A stretch of DNA of 61,092 bases from Polyangiales bacterium (GTDB taxonomy: Bacteria > Myxococcota_A > Polyangia > Polyangiales > Ga0077539), in NCBI GenBank assembly GCA_041389825.1, contig JAWKRC010000007.1:1-61092 (forward strand). Reading direction: 5' to 3'. The translations under genes and the position numbers were made by a program. Positions within the stretch are counted from its first letter, which is position 1, and every line of letters begins with the position of its first letter. The notes under the pieces are model-generated. The model saw nothing but the letters and a program-made list of their open reading frames with translations, had not been told where the DNA came from and did no database searches. This document shows, one piece after another, positions 11,593-23,468 of the stretch.

Positions 11593-13347
11593 GTGGCCGC
11601 CCCGGGCCGATCGATCCTCCCTGAGCCCCAGGCGCTCCTCGGCAACACCGAGGGGCAGATCCGGCAGCGGTTCCAGCTCCTCACCGCGGCGCGGGTGATG
11701 GTGTGCACGGTGATCTTCGGCGGCACCATCGCGGTGTTCCTCGCCGAGGGGCACAACTTCGACGCGCCCACGCCGCAGCTCCTCCTGCGGGTGATCATCG
11801 CGATCTACACCCTCTCGCTGGTGTACGCGCTGCAGATCCGCAGCGCGCCGCGCGCGCGCCTCGTCGCGCTCACCCGCTTCTCCATCGGGATGGACCTCGT
11901 GGCGTGGACGGCCCTCGCCTACGCGACGGGCGGCGCGGCCTCGCCGCTCTCGACCCTCTTCGGCCTCACCACCCTCACCGCGGCGCTCGTCCTTGGCGGC
12001 AACGGCACCCTCTGGACCGCCGTGAGCGCCCTCGGCTGCTACGGGATCATGGCACTGCTCCTCGCCCTCGGCGTCGTGCAGCCCCCGCCCGACCAGCTCA
12101 ACACCGCCAGCGCGATCGAGACCACCTACCAGATGCTCGTCACCCTCACGAGCATCGCGAGCATCACCGCGCTCGGCGGCGCCCTCGCCGACCGCCTCGT
12201 GCTCACCGGCGGCGCGCTCCTGCGGGTGGAGCAGAGCCGCGCCAACCTCCTGTCGCTCTACGAAGACGTGCTGCGCTCGATCCCGCAGGCGCTCATCACC
12301 TTCGACGCCGACGGCGCCATCGACGGCGCCAACCCCTTCGCCGCGCTCTTCCTCGACCTCGAGCCCTCGCAGATCCTCCGGCGGCCCGTGGGAGAGGTCC
12401 TGCCCTTCCTCCCGCCCGCCGCGGTGGAGGGCAGCGCGGGCAGCGCGAGCGGCGACGCGCGGCTCAAGACCGAGTGGCGCGAGATCCCCGTCGCGTGGCA
12501 CGTCGCGCCGCTCTACGACCGCAACGGCGCCCGGCGCGGCGGCATCGTCGTGGTCGACGACCGCTCGCAGGAGGAGGCCCTCCGCGGCGCGGTCGAGAGC
12601 GCCGAGCGCTTCGCCGTGCTGGGCCGCCTCGCCGCGGGCCTCGCGCACGAGATCCGCAACCCGCTCTCGGCCATCTCGGGCTGCGTCGAGCTCGTGCGCG
12701 AGACCGCGCGCCTCGACGACGAGGAGGTCGGCCTCCTCACCACGGTCACCCGCGACGTGGCGCGGCTCAACGACCTCGTCACCGACATGCTCCAGTTCGC
12801 GCGCCCGCGGCCCCCCGAGCGCGCGCTCACCGACCTCGTCTCGGTCGCCCGCGAGGTGCTCGGGCTCGCGCGAACGTCGGGCGGCCCCGAGTCGCGCGTC
12901 TCGATCGAGCTCACCGGCGCCGACTCCATGGTCGCGAGCGCCGACGCCGCGCAGGTGAAGCAGGTGCTCTGGAACCTCCTGCGCAACGCCGCGCAGGTGT
13001 CGCGCCCCGGGACCTGCGTGACCATCGACATCTCGGGCTCGCCGCACGAGGCCGAGATCCGCGTGCTCGACCGGGGCCCCGGCGTGCCCGACGAGATGCG
13101 CGACCGGATCTTCGAGACCTTCTTCTCGGGCACCGCGAGGGGCACGGGGCTCGGCCTCGCGATCGTGAAGCGCATCGCCGAGTCGCACGACGGCCGCGTC
13201 GAGGTTCACCCCCGCGACGGCGGCGGGAGCGTCTTCGCGGTCACGATCTCGCGCGCGACCTCGCGGCCTCCGCCGAGCGCGCCCGACGCGCCCACCGACC
13301 CGCCCGACGCGCACAGCGAGACGGAGCCTCCGCCGGAGCCGCGGTAG
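11593..13347 (+). CDS. pilS: PilS-like sensor histidine kinase (multi-TM N-terminus, HisKA plus HATPase_c)
   Basis: Six predicted TM helices. H-box LAAGLAHEIRNPLSAISG. N/G-box regions ...VLDRGPGVPDEMRDRIFETFFSGTARGTGLGLAIVKRIAE. Lies directly downstream of pilC, as in myxobacterial pil loci. Confidence 0.8.
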   Translation: MAAPGRSILPEPQALLGNTEGQIRQRFQLLTAARVMVCTVIFGGTIAVFLAEGHNFDAPTPQLLLRVIIAIYTLSLVYALQIRSAPRARLVALTRFSIGMDLVAWTALAYATGGAASPLSTLFGLTTLTAALVLGGNGTLWTAVSALGCYGIMALLLALGVVQPPPDQLNTASAIETTYQMLVTLTSIASITALGGALADRLVLTGGALLRVEQSRANLLSLYEDVLRSIPQALITFDADGAIDGANPFAALFLDLEPSQILRRPVGEVLPFLPPAAVEGSAGSASGDARLKTEWREIPVAWHVAPLYDRNGARRGGIVVVDDRSQEEALRGAVESAERFAVLGRLAAGLAHEIRNPLSAISGCVELVRETARLDDEEVGLLTTVTRDVARLNDLVTDMLQFARPRPPERALTDLVSVAREVLGLARTSGGPESRVSIELTGADSMVASADAAQVKQVLWNLLRNAAQVSRPGTCVTIDISGSPHEAEIRVLDRGPGVPDEMRDRIFETFFSGTARGTGLGLAIVKRIAESHDGRVEVHPRDGGGSVFAVTISRATSRPPPSAPDAPTDPPDAHSETEPPPEPR

Positions 13348-13350
13348 CCG

Positions 13351-14016
13351 CTACGAGGGGCTCTGCAGGCGCTGCTCCTTGGCCTCGACCGCGGCGACGA
13401 AGAGGCGCACGTACTCGACCGCCGAGGTGACCGAGAAGACCAGCGAGAGCAGCACGAGCCACTGGCCGCAGACGTTGAGGTCGACCCTCGCCGACCAGAA
13501 GGGCAGCACGCGGTAGGGGTAGTGCAGCACCAGCATGAGGATGCCGACCATCTGGAGGGCGGCCTTCCACTTGCCGCTCTCGCCCGCGGCGATGACCACG
13601 CCCTCGCTCGCGGCGATGGAGCGCAGCGCGGTGATGGTGATCTCGCGCGCGACGAGCACGACGACGACCCACGGGGCCACGCGGCCCATGCGCGTGAGGT
13701 AGACCAGCATCGCCATCACCAGGAGCTTGTCGGCGAGCGGGTCCATGAACTTGCCGAAGACGGTGATGAGGTTGGCGCGGCGCGCGAGCCAGCCGTCGAG
13801 CAGGTCGGTCACCGCCGTCGCGCCGTAGAGCCACGCGGCGATGAACCCGTCGCGGGGCGTCGAGGCCGCGACGAACCACAGCACCACGGGGATCATCGCG
13901 ACCCGCGCCATGGTGAGCGCGTTCGGGAGGTTCCACACGTCCTGCCGCGCCGCGCGGCGCACCTCGCGTCGGTGGGTCTTCGGGTCCTCGACCTCGACGT
14001 CCTCTTCGTCGCTCAC
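13351..14016 (-). CDS. pgsA: CDP-diacylglycerol--glycerol-3-phosphate 3-phosphatidyltransferase (CDP-alcohol phosphatidyltransferase)
   Basis: NLPNALTMARVAMIPVVLWF...DLLDGWLARR...FGKFMDPLADKLLV, the CDP-OH_P_transf motif D-G-x2-A-R-x8-G-x3-D-x3-D. The start was taken at GTG 14016. An internal GTG (VWNLPN) is equally possible. Confidence 0.75.
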   Translation of the reverse strand: MSDEEDVEVEDPKTHRREVRRAARQDVWNLPNALTMARVAMIPVVLWFVAASTPRDGFIAAWLYGATAVTDLLDGWLARRANLITVFGKFMDPLADKLLVMAMLVYLTRMGRVAPWVVVVLVAREITITALRSIAASEGVVIAAGESGKWKAALQMVGILMLVLHYPYRVLPFWSARVDLNVCGQWLVLLSLVFSVTSAVEYVRLFVAAVEAKEQRLQSPS

Positions 14017-14107
14017 GCCGCGGAACCCTACACCCGATCGCCCGCCCGCCACCGCCCTGATAGGGGGCTCGCGCCGGGGCGCCTCAGGGTGGCAATATGA
14101 CCCCGAC

Positions 14108-15497
<1,390 letters not shown>

Positions 15498-15501
15498 GCC
15501 C

Positions 15502-15696
15502 ATGGGCCCCGCACTGTTCGCGCTCGCTGCGCTCCAACGCGTGATCGCCGTGCGCCCCCCCGAGGGCTCGCTGCGGCGCGGCCTCGTCTCGCTGCCCCGC
15601 TGGCCCGCCGCGCTGATCGTGGTCGCGGCCGTCGCGCTCGCCGCCGTGCCCCTCTGGCGCGCGTGGCGCGCGCGGCGTAGGAGCGCCGGCGCGTGA
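15502..15696 (+). CDS. small hydrophobic protein (64 aa), possibly translationally coupled to the downstream membrane protein
   Basis: ATG lies 5 nt after the activator stop. The product has two hydrophobic stretches. The stop overlaps the next gene's GTG start (GTGA). Supported only by ORF structure and coupling. Confidence 0.35.
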   Translation: MGPALFALAALQRVIAVRPPEGSLRRGLVSLPRWPAALIVVAAVALAAVPLWRAWRARRRSAGA

Positions 15697-16658
15697 AGCC
15701 CAACCAGGTCGCCTCGGTGCTCGTGCTCGTGGTGCTGATCTACGGCGGCTTCATCTTCTGGAGCGACGTCTCGGCCCTGCGCGACGCCATCGGCCGCTAC
15801 GAGTGGTGGACCTTCTTCGCCAGCCTCGGGCTCGCCTTCGGCAACTACGTGCTGCGCTTCGCGAAGTGGGAGTTCTACCTGCGGCGCCTCGGCGTGCGCG
15901 GCGTGCCGTGGCGCGAGAGCTTCACGATCTTCCTCTCGGGCTTCGCGCTCTCGGTCACGCCCGCGAAGGCCGGCGAGGTCTTCAAGTCGGCGCTCCTGCA
16001 GAGCGCGCGCGGCGTGCCGATCTCGCGCAGCGCGCCCATCGTCGTCGCCGACCGCCTCACCGACCTCGTCGCGCTCATCATGATGGTCGCCGCGGGCGGG
16101 ATGTACTTCCGCGGCGGCGGCTACGTCGCCCTCGGCGCCTCGACGCTGGTGGCCGTGATCCTGCTCTTCGTGACGGTGCGCCCCCTCGCCGAGTGGGCGC
16201 TACGGCTCGTCGAGCGCGTGCCCGTGGGCAAGCGCGTCGCGCCGCGGCTGCGCGAGGCCTACGACGCCCTGCGCGTGCTCGCGAGCCCCTCGGCGCTCCT
16301 CCTCCCGACCGCGGTCTCGGTGGTCGCGTGGGCGCTCGAGGCCCTCGGGCTCTGGATCATCGCCAAGGGCCTCGGGCTCTCGCTGAGCGCCCCCGTCGCG
16401 GCCTTCGTCTCCGCCACCGCCACCCTCGCGGGCGCGGTCGCGATGCTCCCCGGCGGCCTCGGCGGGACCGAGATCGTGATGCAGCGGCTCCTGCGCGACA
16501 TCGCCCACGCGACGGGTAGCACCGCGTCGACCGCGACGCTCCTCGTGCGGATCAGCACGCTCTGGTTCGCGGTGGGCGTCGGCGTGCTCGCGCTCGCGTG
16601 GTTCCGTCGGGCCTACGACCGCAAGGTCGGCCCCGGCGGGTCACCGAGCGAGCGCTGA
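15693..16658 (+). CDS. lysylphosphatidylglycerol-synthase-TM-region-like (flippase-like, UPF0104) membrane protein
   Basis: 321 aa with about 8 TM helices. MKPNQVASVLVLVVLIYGGFIFWSD...FLSGFALSVTPAKAGEVFK is typical of the MprF N-terminal / DUF2156-partner flippase-like domain. Confidence 0.75.
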   Translation: MKPNQVASVLVLVVLIYGGFIFWSDVSALRDAIGRYEWWTFFASLGLAFGNYVLRFAKWEFYLRRLGVRGVPWRESFTIFLSGFALSVTPAKAGEVFKSALLQSARGVPISRSAPIVVADRLTDLVALIMMVAAGGMYFRGGGYVALGASTLVAVILLFVTVRPLAEWALRLVERVPVGKRVAPRLREAYDALRVLASPSALLLPTAVSVVAWALEALGLWIIAKGLGLSLSAPVAAFVSATATLAGAVAMLPGGLGGTEIVMQRLLRDIAHATGSTASTATLLVRISTLWFAVGVGVLALAWFRRAYDRKVGPGGSPSER

Positions 16659-18039
16659 GCGGCGGACGATCAGCAGCAGCTCGCCGCGCCCCGTGAGCGC
16701 GAGCACCCTCGCCGCGCTCGGGTCGAGCGCGCGCACCGCCGTCACCCGCGGCGCGCCGTCGTCGTCGTCGCCCGCCACCGACACCCGCGCGAGCCGCTCC
16801 CAGCGCTCGGTGACGCCGCCCGCGCCGAGCGTCGCCGTCTCGACGTGCGCGACCTCGCCCGACGCGCGCCCCGCCACCACGCGCACGCGGCCGTCGTCGG
16901 TCGCGACGAGCGAGAGCGCCGTCACGTCGTCGAGCCCGGGGTCGCGCGCCCACGTCTCGCCTGTGTCGGCGGAGACCCAGCCTCGCCCGTGGTCCACCAC
17001 GACGGCGTGCTCGCCCGCGTGCGCGATCGACGGCGACCGCGGCGACGCGGGCCACGGCCGCCGCGCCCACGGCCCCGCCCCGTCGGCGCTCCACCAGAGC
17101 GCGGTGCGGCCGGCGATCACCGCCGCGCCCGAGGCGTCGAACGAGGCCGCGGAGACGGTCTCGGGCGTCGCGACCTCCTCGGGCGCGCGTCGCGGGTCGA
17201 GCTTCAAGCGCGCCGCGCGCGGTCACGGCCCACGCGCCCCGCTCCGTCGCGTGGAGCGTGAGCGGCCCCCAGCGCCGGTCGGGCTCTCCGCGGGTGAGCT
17301 CGCGCCACGAGGCGCCCGCGCGGGCCGCGCGCCAGAGGCGGCCGTCGAGGTCCGCGACCCAGAGCGCGCCCGAGGCGCAGGCCGCCGCGCCGAAGATCGC
17401 GTCGCCAGGCGCTTCGAGCGCGCGCAGCGCCGCGTCGTCGTCGTCTTCGAGCGCCGCCGCCGGCGCCCACGCGACGCGGTCTCCCACCACCAGCAGCGCG
17501 CGCACACCGACGTCCATCGCGACGGCCACCATGGGCGCGCCGCCCTCTCCGCGCAGCGGCGTGACCCGCGCGTCGACCTCGGGCGGCTCGTCAGCGCGCG
17601 GCTCGACCTCGCCCTCGCCGCGCTCTTCGTCGTCGCCCTCGTCGAGCGGCGGCAGCTCGTCGAGCACGTCGTCGTGGTCGCGCTCGGGGCCCTCGTGCCC
17701 GCCGTCGTCGCCCGGGAGGTCGTCCCCGATCACGTCCGCGTAGAGCTCCGCGGGCTCGTCGACGAGGCCGCCCTCGTCGGTGAGCGCGCCCTCTCCGAAC
17801 GCGATCTCGTCGGCCTCGCCGAAGGCCCCGGGCTCGCCCTCGCCGTCGTCGCCGCCGTCGTCGTAGTCGCCGAGCTCGTCGAGGCCCTCGTCGCCCATCG
17901 CCGCGTCGTCGAGGCCGCCCTCGAGCTCCGCGAGGGCGTCGTCGTCGCCCACGTCGACGGGCGCGCCCTCGTCGTCGTCGAGCGGGGGCAGCGCGTCGTC
18001 GAGGGCGTCGTCGTCGGGGTCGCGGGGAGGGCGTGTCAT
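16641..18039 (-). CDS. hypothetical protein with ~150-aa poly-acidic N-terminal region and BNR/Ycf48-like (Asp-box) repeats, one apparent frameshift near 17215
   Basis: Frame 1 (18039->~17215): MTRPPRDPDDDALDD...ALWVADLDGRLWRAARAGASWREL. Frame 2 (17207->16641): ...ALWWSADGAGPW...GWVSADTGETWAR, Asp-box S-x-D-x-G-x-T-W. Outside these segments each frame degenerates into R-rich text. Confidence 0.55.
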
Positions 18040-18084
18040 GCGCGGGGCGCGCGAAGGTATCGCGTCTGCGCAGCGAGCGCAGCG

Positions 18085-19062
18085 TCAGCGTCGCCGCGGC
18101 TCGGGCACCGGCAGGTCGAGCCGCGCGAGCACGAGCTTCATGTCCTCCCACACGTCGCGGCGCGCGGTGCTGCCGGGGTTGCGCGCGTCGCGGAGCACGT
18201 ACGACGGGTGCCACGTGGGCATCACGGCGACGCCCTCCCACGCGTGCCACTTGCCGCGCAGCGAGCCCATCGAGGCCTTCGACTGGAGGAGGTAGCTCGC
18301 GGCGGTCTTTCCGAGCGCGACGACCACCTCGGGCTTCACCAACCCGAGCTGCCGCACGAGGAAGGGCGTGCACGCGCGCATCTCGTCCTCCTGCGGGACG
18401 CGGTTGTTCGGCGGCCTGCACTTCACGATGTTCGCGACGTAGACCTCGTCGGGGCTGAGCCCCATGCCCGCGATGATCTTGTCGAGGAGCTGCCCCGCGG
18501 GCCCCACGAAGGGCAGCCCGCGGAGGTCCTCCTGCTCGCCGGGGCCTTCGCCGACGAAGGCGAGCCGCGCGAAGACGTCTCCGCGAGAGAACACCGTCTG
18601 CGTGCGCGTGGTCGAGAGCCGGCAGCCCTCGCACCGCGCGACCTCGCCGCGCACGACCTCGAGCGCCTCGCGACGCGCGTCGCCCTCGAGGAGCGGCATC
18701 GACGCGGCGGTGACGGCGCGCGGCGCCTCGTCGAACATCGTGAGCGAGACCGAGCGCGCGGGCCTCGCGGCGGGCCTCGGCGGCGCAGAGACGGGAGCCG
18801 GAGGCGCGACGCGCGGCGCGGGAGCGGGCGGAGTCGGGGCGAGTGACGGGGCGGGCTCGACGGGGGCGGGCGCAGAGGCGACCGCGGGCGCAGCGACGAC
18901 GGGAACGGGCGCATCGACGACGGGCTCTGCGTCGGTGATGTCGGGCACGGGGAGCGCGCCGCGTCGGGGGAAGGCCACCGCGCCGAGGTCGCGCTGCCAC
19001 GCCGCGTGCGCCGCGAAGAGGCGCGTGAGCTCGGCGAGCTCGTCGCGGGTCGGTGCCGTCAT
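18085..19062 (-). CDS. uracil-DNA glycosylase, family 4, with Pro/Ala-rich N-terminal extension
   Basis: C-terminal domain ...GEGPGEQEDLRGLPFVGPAGQLLDKII...ANIVKCRPPNNR...HPSY matches the family-4 UDG motifs (GEGPG, FxGxAG, HPS). Confidence 0.8.
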   Translation of the reverse strand: MTAPTRDELAELTRLFAAHAAWQRDLGAVAFPRRGALPVPDITDAEPVVDAPVPVVAAPAVASAPAPVEPAPSLAPTPPAPAPRVAPPAPVSAPPRPAARPARSVSLTMFDEAPRAVTAASMPLLEGDARREALEVVRGEVARCEGCRLSTTRTQTVFSRGDVFARLAFVGEGPGEQEDLRGLPFVGPAGQLLDKIIAGMGLSPDEVYVANIVKCRPPNNRVPQEDEMRACTPFLVRQLGLVKPEVVVALGKTAASYLLQSKASMGSLRGKWHAWEGVAVMPTWHPSYVLRDARNPGSTARRDVWEDMKLVLARLDLPVPEPRRR

Positions 19063-19103
19063 TGGCGTTTCCTAGCACCGCGGCGCGAGGATCATCCACT
19101 CTG

Positions 19104-20084
19104 CGACCCTCCGTGGACCTCCGCGCGCTGAGCCTCTGTCTGGCGGTGAACCTCTCCCTCGCCGCGTGCCGGTCGAGCGACGCGCCGCGCGCGCCCGCCG
19201 CGGCCGTCCCCACGACGCGAGACGTGCGCGTGGGCTCGATCACGCTGCACACGGTGAGCGTCGGCGCGCGGGAGCGGCCCGTGCGCTGGGTGATCCACGG
19301 AGGCCCCGGCCTCGACCACACGTACCTTCGCCCCTCGCTCGACCGGCTCGGCGAGGACGGTCGGGTGGTCTACATCGACCTGCGCGGTCACGGTCGCTCG
19401 TCGGCGCCGCCCGACGCCGAGGGCTACGTGATCAGCGACGCGGCCGACGACCTCGCGGCGCTCGCGCGCTCGGGGGCCGTGGGCGCGGCGCCCGTGGACG
19501 TTGTCGCGCACGACTTCGGCGCGGCGGTGGCGCTCAGCCTCGCGGCGCGTCACCCAGAGGTGGTGCGCAGCCTCGTGCTGGTCGCGCCGCTGCGAGACGC
19601 GCAGCAGGTGAGGGCCGTGGGCGCGCGCTCGCGAGATGCCCTCGGCGCCGAGGGCTGGGCCGCGGTGCGGGCGCTCACCACGCCGCAGGGGACGCTCCGT
19701 GACCCCGCGCAGGTGGGGGAGCTCTTCCGACGGCTAGGCGTGATGTGGTGGCACCGGCCCCCGAGCGACGCGGCGCTGCGCGAGATGACGCGCGGGATGA
19801 TCTACCGGCCCGAGGCCGACGCGAACTTCCTCCAGGCGGCGCAGCGGTGGCGCGCGCAAGACCTCGCGCCGGGCGTGCGCGCGCCGACCCTGGTCGTGTC
19901 GGGCGACGACGACCGGACCTTCTTGCCCGCCGAGGGGAGGGCGCTCTCGGAGCTCCTGCCGCACGGTCGCTTCGCGGTGGTGACCGACGCGGGTCACCTC
20001 CCCTTCGCGGAGCAGCCCGCGCGCTTCGCAGAGACCCTGCGCGGGTTCTGGCAGAGCGCCGCGGGCGCGTCGCAGCGCCGTTGA
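19104..20084 (+). CDS. alpha/beta hydrolase (proline-iminopeptidase-like) lipoprotein
   Basis: GTG start gives signal VDLRALSLCLAVNLSLAAC, a lipobox. HGGPG oxyanion-like motif, AHDFG nucleophile elbow variant, and a C-terminal DAGHLP catalytic His region. Confidence 0.75.
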   Translation, partial: RPSVDLRALSLCLAVNLSLAACRSSDAPRAPAAAVPTTRDVRVGSITLHTVSVGARERPVRWVIHGGPGLDHTYLRPSLDRLGEDGRVVYIDLRGHGRSSAPPDAEGYVISDAADDLAALARSGAVGAAPVDVVAHDFGAAVALSLAARHPEVVRSLVLVAPLRDAQQVRAVGARSRDALGAEGWAAVRALTTPQGTLRDPAQVGELFRRLGVMWWHRPPSDAALREMTRGMIYRPEADANFLQAAQRWRAQDLAPGVRAPTLVVSGDDDRTFLPAEGRALSELLPHGRFAVVTDAGHLPFAEQPARFAETLRGFWQSAAGASQRR

Positions 20085-20195
20085 CGTTCTCGAACGACCC
20101 AGGATAGCTTCGCCGGAAGGTATCGCGTGGCGGGCACACAGGCCGAGACACGACCGAACGAGAGGGTACGCGGCGTGCCGAATCAACCCGTGCGC

Positions 20196-20963
20196 ATGGA
20201 GATGTTCGGAGAGACGAACGTCGGCATGAAGCGCACGCACAACGAGGACAACTTCTCGATCATCGCCGAAGAGAACCTCGTGATCGTGGCCGACGGGATG
20301 GGCGGGCACGCGTCGGGCGAGGTCGCTTCGAAGATGGCCGTCGACGCCATGCGCGAGTTCTTCGAGGCCACCGCGAAGGACCCCGACGCGACCTGGCCGT
20401 ACAAGATGGACAAGCAGCGGAGCTACGAGGAGAACCGGCTGATCACCGGGATCAAGCTCGCGAACCTCCGCATCTTCGAGGCCGCGCAGCGCGAGCCGCG
20501 CTTCAGGGGCATGGGCACCACCATCGTGGTGTGCGCCGCCGTGCGCGAGGGGCTCATCGTGGGCCACGTCGGCGACTCGCGGGTGTACCGCATCCGCAGC
20601 GGCGCCATCGAGCAGCTCACCGAAGACCACTCGCTGCTCAACGACTACCTGAAGATGCGCAAGCTCACTGAAGAAGAGATCGCGAACTTCCCCCACAAGA
20701 ACGTGATCGTGCGCGCGCTCGGCATGAAGGAGATCGTCAAGGTCGACTCCCGCCTCGAGCACCCGAACCCCGGCGACATCTTCCTGCTCTGCTCTGACGG
20801 CCTCTCAGGGCCCGTAGCCGACCCGGAGCTCCTCCGCCTCGTCGAGGAGAACAAGGGCGACCTCAAGGTCGCCGCGTCTCGCCTCATCGCCAAGGCGAAC
20901 GAGAACGGCGGGCCCGACAACATCACCTGCTGCCTCGTGCGTTGGGTGGGCAACACCAACTGA
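20196..20963 (+). CDS. PP2C-family Ser/Thr protein phosphatase (Stp1/PrpC-like)
   Basis: MEMFGETNVGMKRTHNEDNF...VADGMGGHASGEVAS...GTTIVV...LLCSDGL...ENGGPDNITC, the complete PP2C motif set. Confidence 0.85.
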   Translation: MEMFGETNVGMKRTHNEDNFSIIAEENLVIVADGMGGHASGEVASKMAVDAMREFFEATAKDPDATWPYKMDKQRSYEENRLITGIKLANLRIFEAAQREPRFRGMGTTIVVCAAVREGLIVGHVGDSRVYRIRSGAIEQLTEDHSLLNDYLKMRKLTEEEIANFPHKNVIVRALGMKEIVKVDSRLEHPNPGDIFLLCSDGLSGPVADPELLRLVEENKGDLKVAASRLIAKANENGGPDNITCCLVRWVGNTN

Positions 20964-21061
20964 CCGCGCGCGCAGGGCGCATGCGCCGCGCCGCGCGACA
21001 TCGAAGCCTCCCTGCCGCGCCGCGAGGTCGCGGGGTAGAACACCCCGACGACGGTGATGCG

Positions 21062-23128
21062 ATGCCAGCGGGGGAGCGAGCGGTGACAGAGACTCGACGA
21101 CGGCTTCGGCCAGGCTGGGTGGTGGCGTGGGCCCTGGCGGTCGCCGGGTGCGGCTCGACCACGAGCGCGCCGCCGACGGTCGACGCTGCCGGCGACGTGG
21201 CAGAGGTCAGCGACGACGCGCCCGTGGTCGACGCCGGGGCGCCCGACGCGGAGGGCGACGCCGTCGCCGAAGACGCTGCCGACGGGTCGATCGACGCAGG
21301 AGGCGACGCCGGCGACGACCTCCCCGACGCGAGCGACGACGCGGGCGACGACGCGGGCGACGGCGGCGACGACGCGGCCGCTGACGACGTCGGCGAGCCC
21401 GCCGAGGTCTTCGTCGAGGACGTCCCCGCGCTCGACGACGTGGCTGACGTCGCGGGCGACGGCGCGACGGTGCTCGCCGACGCGCCCGCCGACGTCGCCG
21501 AAGACGTCGGCCCCACGTGCCTCGCGGGCGTCACCGATCAGTGCCCGAGCTTCCTCCCGGGCCCCTGCCCCGACCTCTCCGACGGCGCGCAGCACACCCT
21601 CGTCACCCGCGGCCTGACCGCCGACCTGCCCGCGAGCTGCGAGGGCGGCACGACCTCCCTCGGCGGCGACGGCGTGCTCCCGCTCACCCTCACCGCGCCC
21701 AGCGACGTGGTCATCACCGGCACCCCGACGGGCGGCGACGGCGTGGTGCTCACCCTCACCCCCGCCGCGGGCTGCGGCGAGCTCGCGGCGGAGCTCCGCT
21801 GCGCCAACAGCCTCGTCTCGGGGAGCGAGGGCGTCGCGCGCATCGACATGCCCACGCTCGCGCCGGGCGTGTACTTCGTCGCCGTCTCCACCGCCCGGGG
21901 CAACCCCTCGCTCGTCGAGGCCCGCGTCACGCCCGCGCGCCCCCGCACCCGCGGAGACGTCTGCCCGGGCGTCCCCGTGGTGCCCGACGGCCCGCCGGTC
22001 ACGCTCTCCACCGCCCCCTTCCTCGCCGACGCCGACTACGGCACCGCGTGCGGCGCGGGCTCGACCCCCGCGGGCTGGGTCGACGCGGTCTTCTCGTACA
22101 CCCTCTCCTCCCCGCGCGACGTCACCGTCGAGGTCTCGGCCACCGGCAGCAGCGCCCTCTCGGTCGACGTCTCCGCCCGCTGCGGCCAGCGCGCCTCCGC
22201 GGTGCCCGGGTGCGTGAGCGCGAACCCCGCGCGCCGCGTGCTCCGCAACCAGGCGCCGGGCACCTACTACGTCACCGTCGATCACAGGGCCTCCACGGGC
22301 CCGGGGCGCACCCTGGTCGCGACGGTCACCACCGCCGCCCCCACGCCGCCGAGCGCCGCCGACGCCTGCCCCGGCGTGACCCTCCCCGCGGCCACCGCGG
22401 TGTCGACCGCCGTCGCGGGGCTGAGCGCTGGATCAGCGAGCTTCGCGTGCTACGGCGGCGCGCGCGCCGACGCGGTGTTCACCTTCACGGCCCCGCCCCT
22501 CGGCGACGTGCTGATGAACGCCCGCGCGAGCGGCGGCGTGGCGATGCAGCTCGCGTCGAGCTGCGGCGGGCCCACCGTCGCGGCCTGCGTGGGCCCCGCG
22601 AGCAACGTCTGGAGGCGCCTGCGCGGCCTCACGCCCGGGCAGACCTACAGCCTCGCCGCGGGCACCTCGGCCACGACGGGCTCGCTCACCGCGCAGTGGT
22701 TCGCCGTGAGCGGCGGCGGCCCCACCGCCGTGTCGGGCAACGACGCGTGCTCGCGCGCGCGCACCCTCCCCGAGGTCGGAGGCGTGTTCACGGGCGACTC
22801 GTCGACCGCGTCGACCAACCTCATCCCGCCCTGCGGGGGGTTGTCGTGCGCGAGCGGGCGCGTGGCGTACTTCAGGCTGAACCTCACCGAGCGCAGGCGT
22901 GTGGTGGCGAGCACCTACGGCTCGGCCTTCGACACGATCCTCGCGGTGAACTCCGGGTCGAGCTGCCCGGGGCGGTCGATCAGCAACGGCTGCGACGACG
23001 ACACCGTCGGGCACACCTCGCAGGTCGACCTCACGCTCGACCCGGGCACCTACTGGATCGTGCTGCAGGGCTGCGGGTTCAGGGTGGGCGGGTCGTACAC
23101 GCTCGACGTCGCGACCTTCGCGCCCTGA
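21062..23128 (+). CDS. secreted lipoprotein with D/A-rich acidic linker and repeated pre-peptidase-C-terminal (PPC)-like beta-sandwich domains
   Basis: Lipobox WALAVAGCGS. ~110-aa Asp/Ala-rich region. Then about 4 repeats of ~100 aa, each with C...GTYYV/GTYWIV-like ends and PGxYxV motifs. Confidence 0.7.
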   Translation: MPAGERAVTETRRRLRPGWVVAWALAVAGCGSTTSAPPTVDAAGDVAEVSDDAPVVDAGAPDAEGDAVAEDAADGSIDAGGDAGDDLPDASDDAGDDAGDGGDDAAADDVGEPAEVFVEDVPALDDVADVAGDGATVLADAPADVAEDVGPTCLAGVTDQCPSFLPGPCPDLSDGAQHTLVTRGLTADLPASCEGGTTSLGGDGVLPLTLTAPSDVVITGTPTGGDGVVLTLTPAAGCGELAAELRCANSLVSGSEGVARIDMPTLAPGVYFVAVSTARGNPSLVEARVTPARPRTRGDVCPGVPVVPDGPPVTLSTAPFLADADYGTACGAGSTPAGWVDAVFSYTLSSPRDVTVEVSATGSSALSVDVSARCGQRASAVPGCVSANPARRVLRNQAPGTYYVTVDHRASTGPGRTLVATVTTAAPTPPSAADACPGVTLPAATAVSTAVAGLSAGSASFACYGGARADAVFTFTAPPLGDVLMNARASGGVAMQLASSCGGPTVAACVGPASNVWRRLRGLTPGQTYSLAAGTSATTGSLTAQWFAVSGGGPTAVSGNDACSRARTLPEVGGVFTGDSSTASTNLIPPCGGLSCASGRVAYFRLNLTERRRVVASTYGSAFDTILAVNSGSSCPGRSISNGCDDDTVGHTSQVDLTLDPGTYWIVLQGCGFRVGGSYTLDVATFAP

Positions 23129-23141
23129 ACCCGCGTCGGCG

Positions 23142-23467
<326 letters not shown>

Positions 23468-23468
<1 letters not shown>

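Noticed and set aside
17591-19321. 576-aa minus-strand ORF overlapping the UDG and acidic-protein genes
   Set aside because: Out of frame with the supported UDG reading frame. Composition is about 40% Arg/Ala/Gly nonsense.
18048-20131. Identical 13-mer GAAGGTATCGCGT in two promoter-proximal regions (18050 and 20119), and GGTATC near 50754 and 54148
   Set aside because: At this length and base composition, hundreds of chance 13-mer identities are expected across 2 x 61 kb. Orientation relative to the downstream genes is opposite. Not treated as a regulatory motif.
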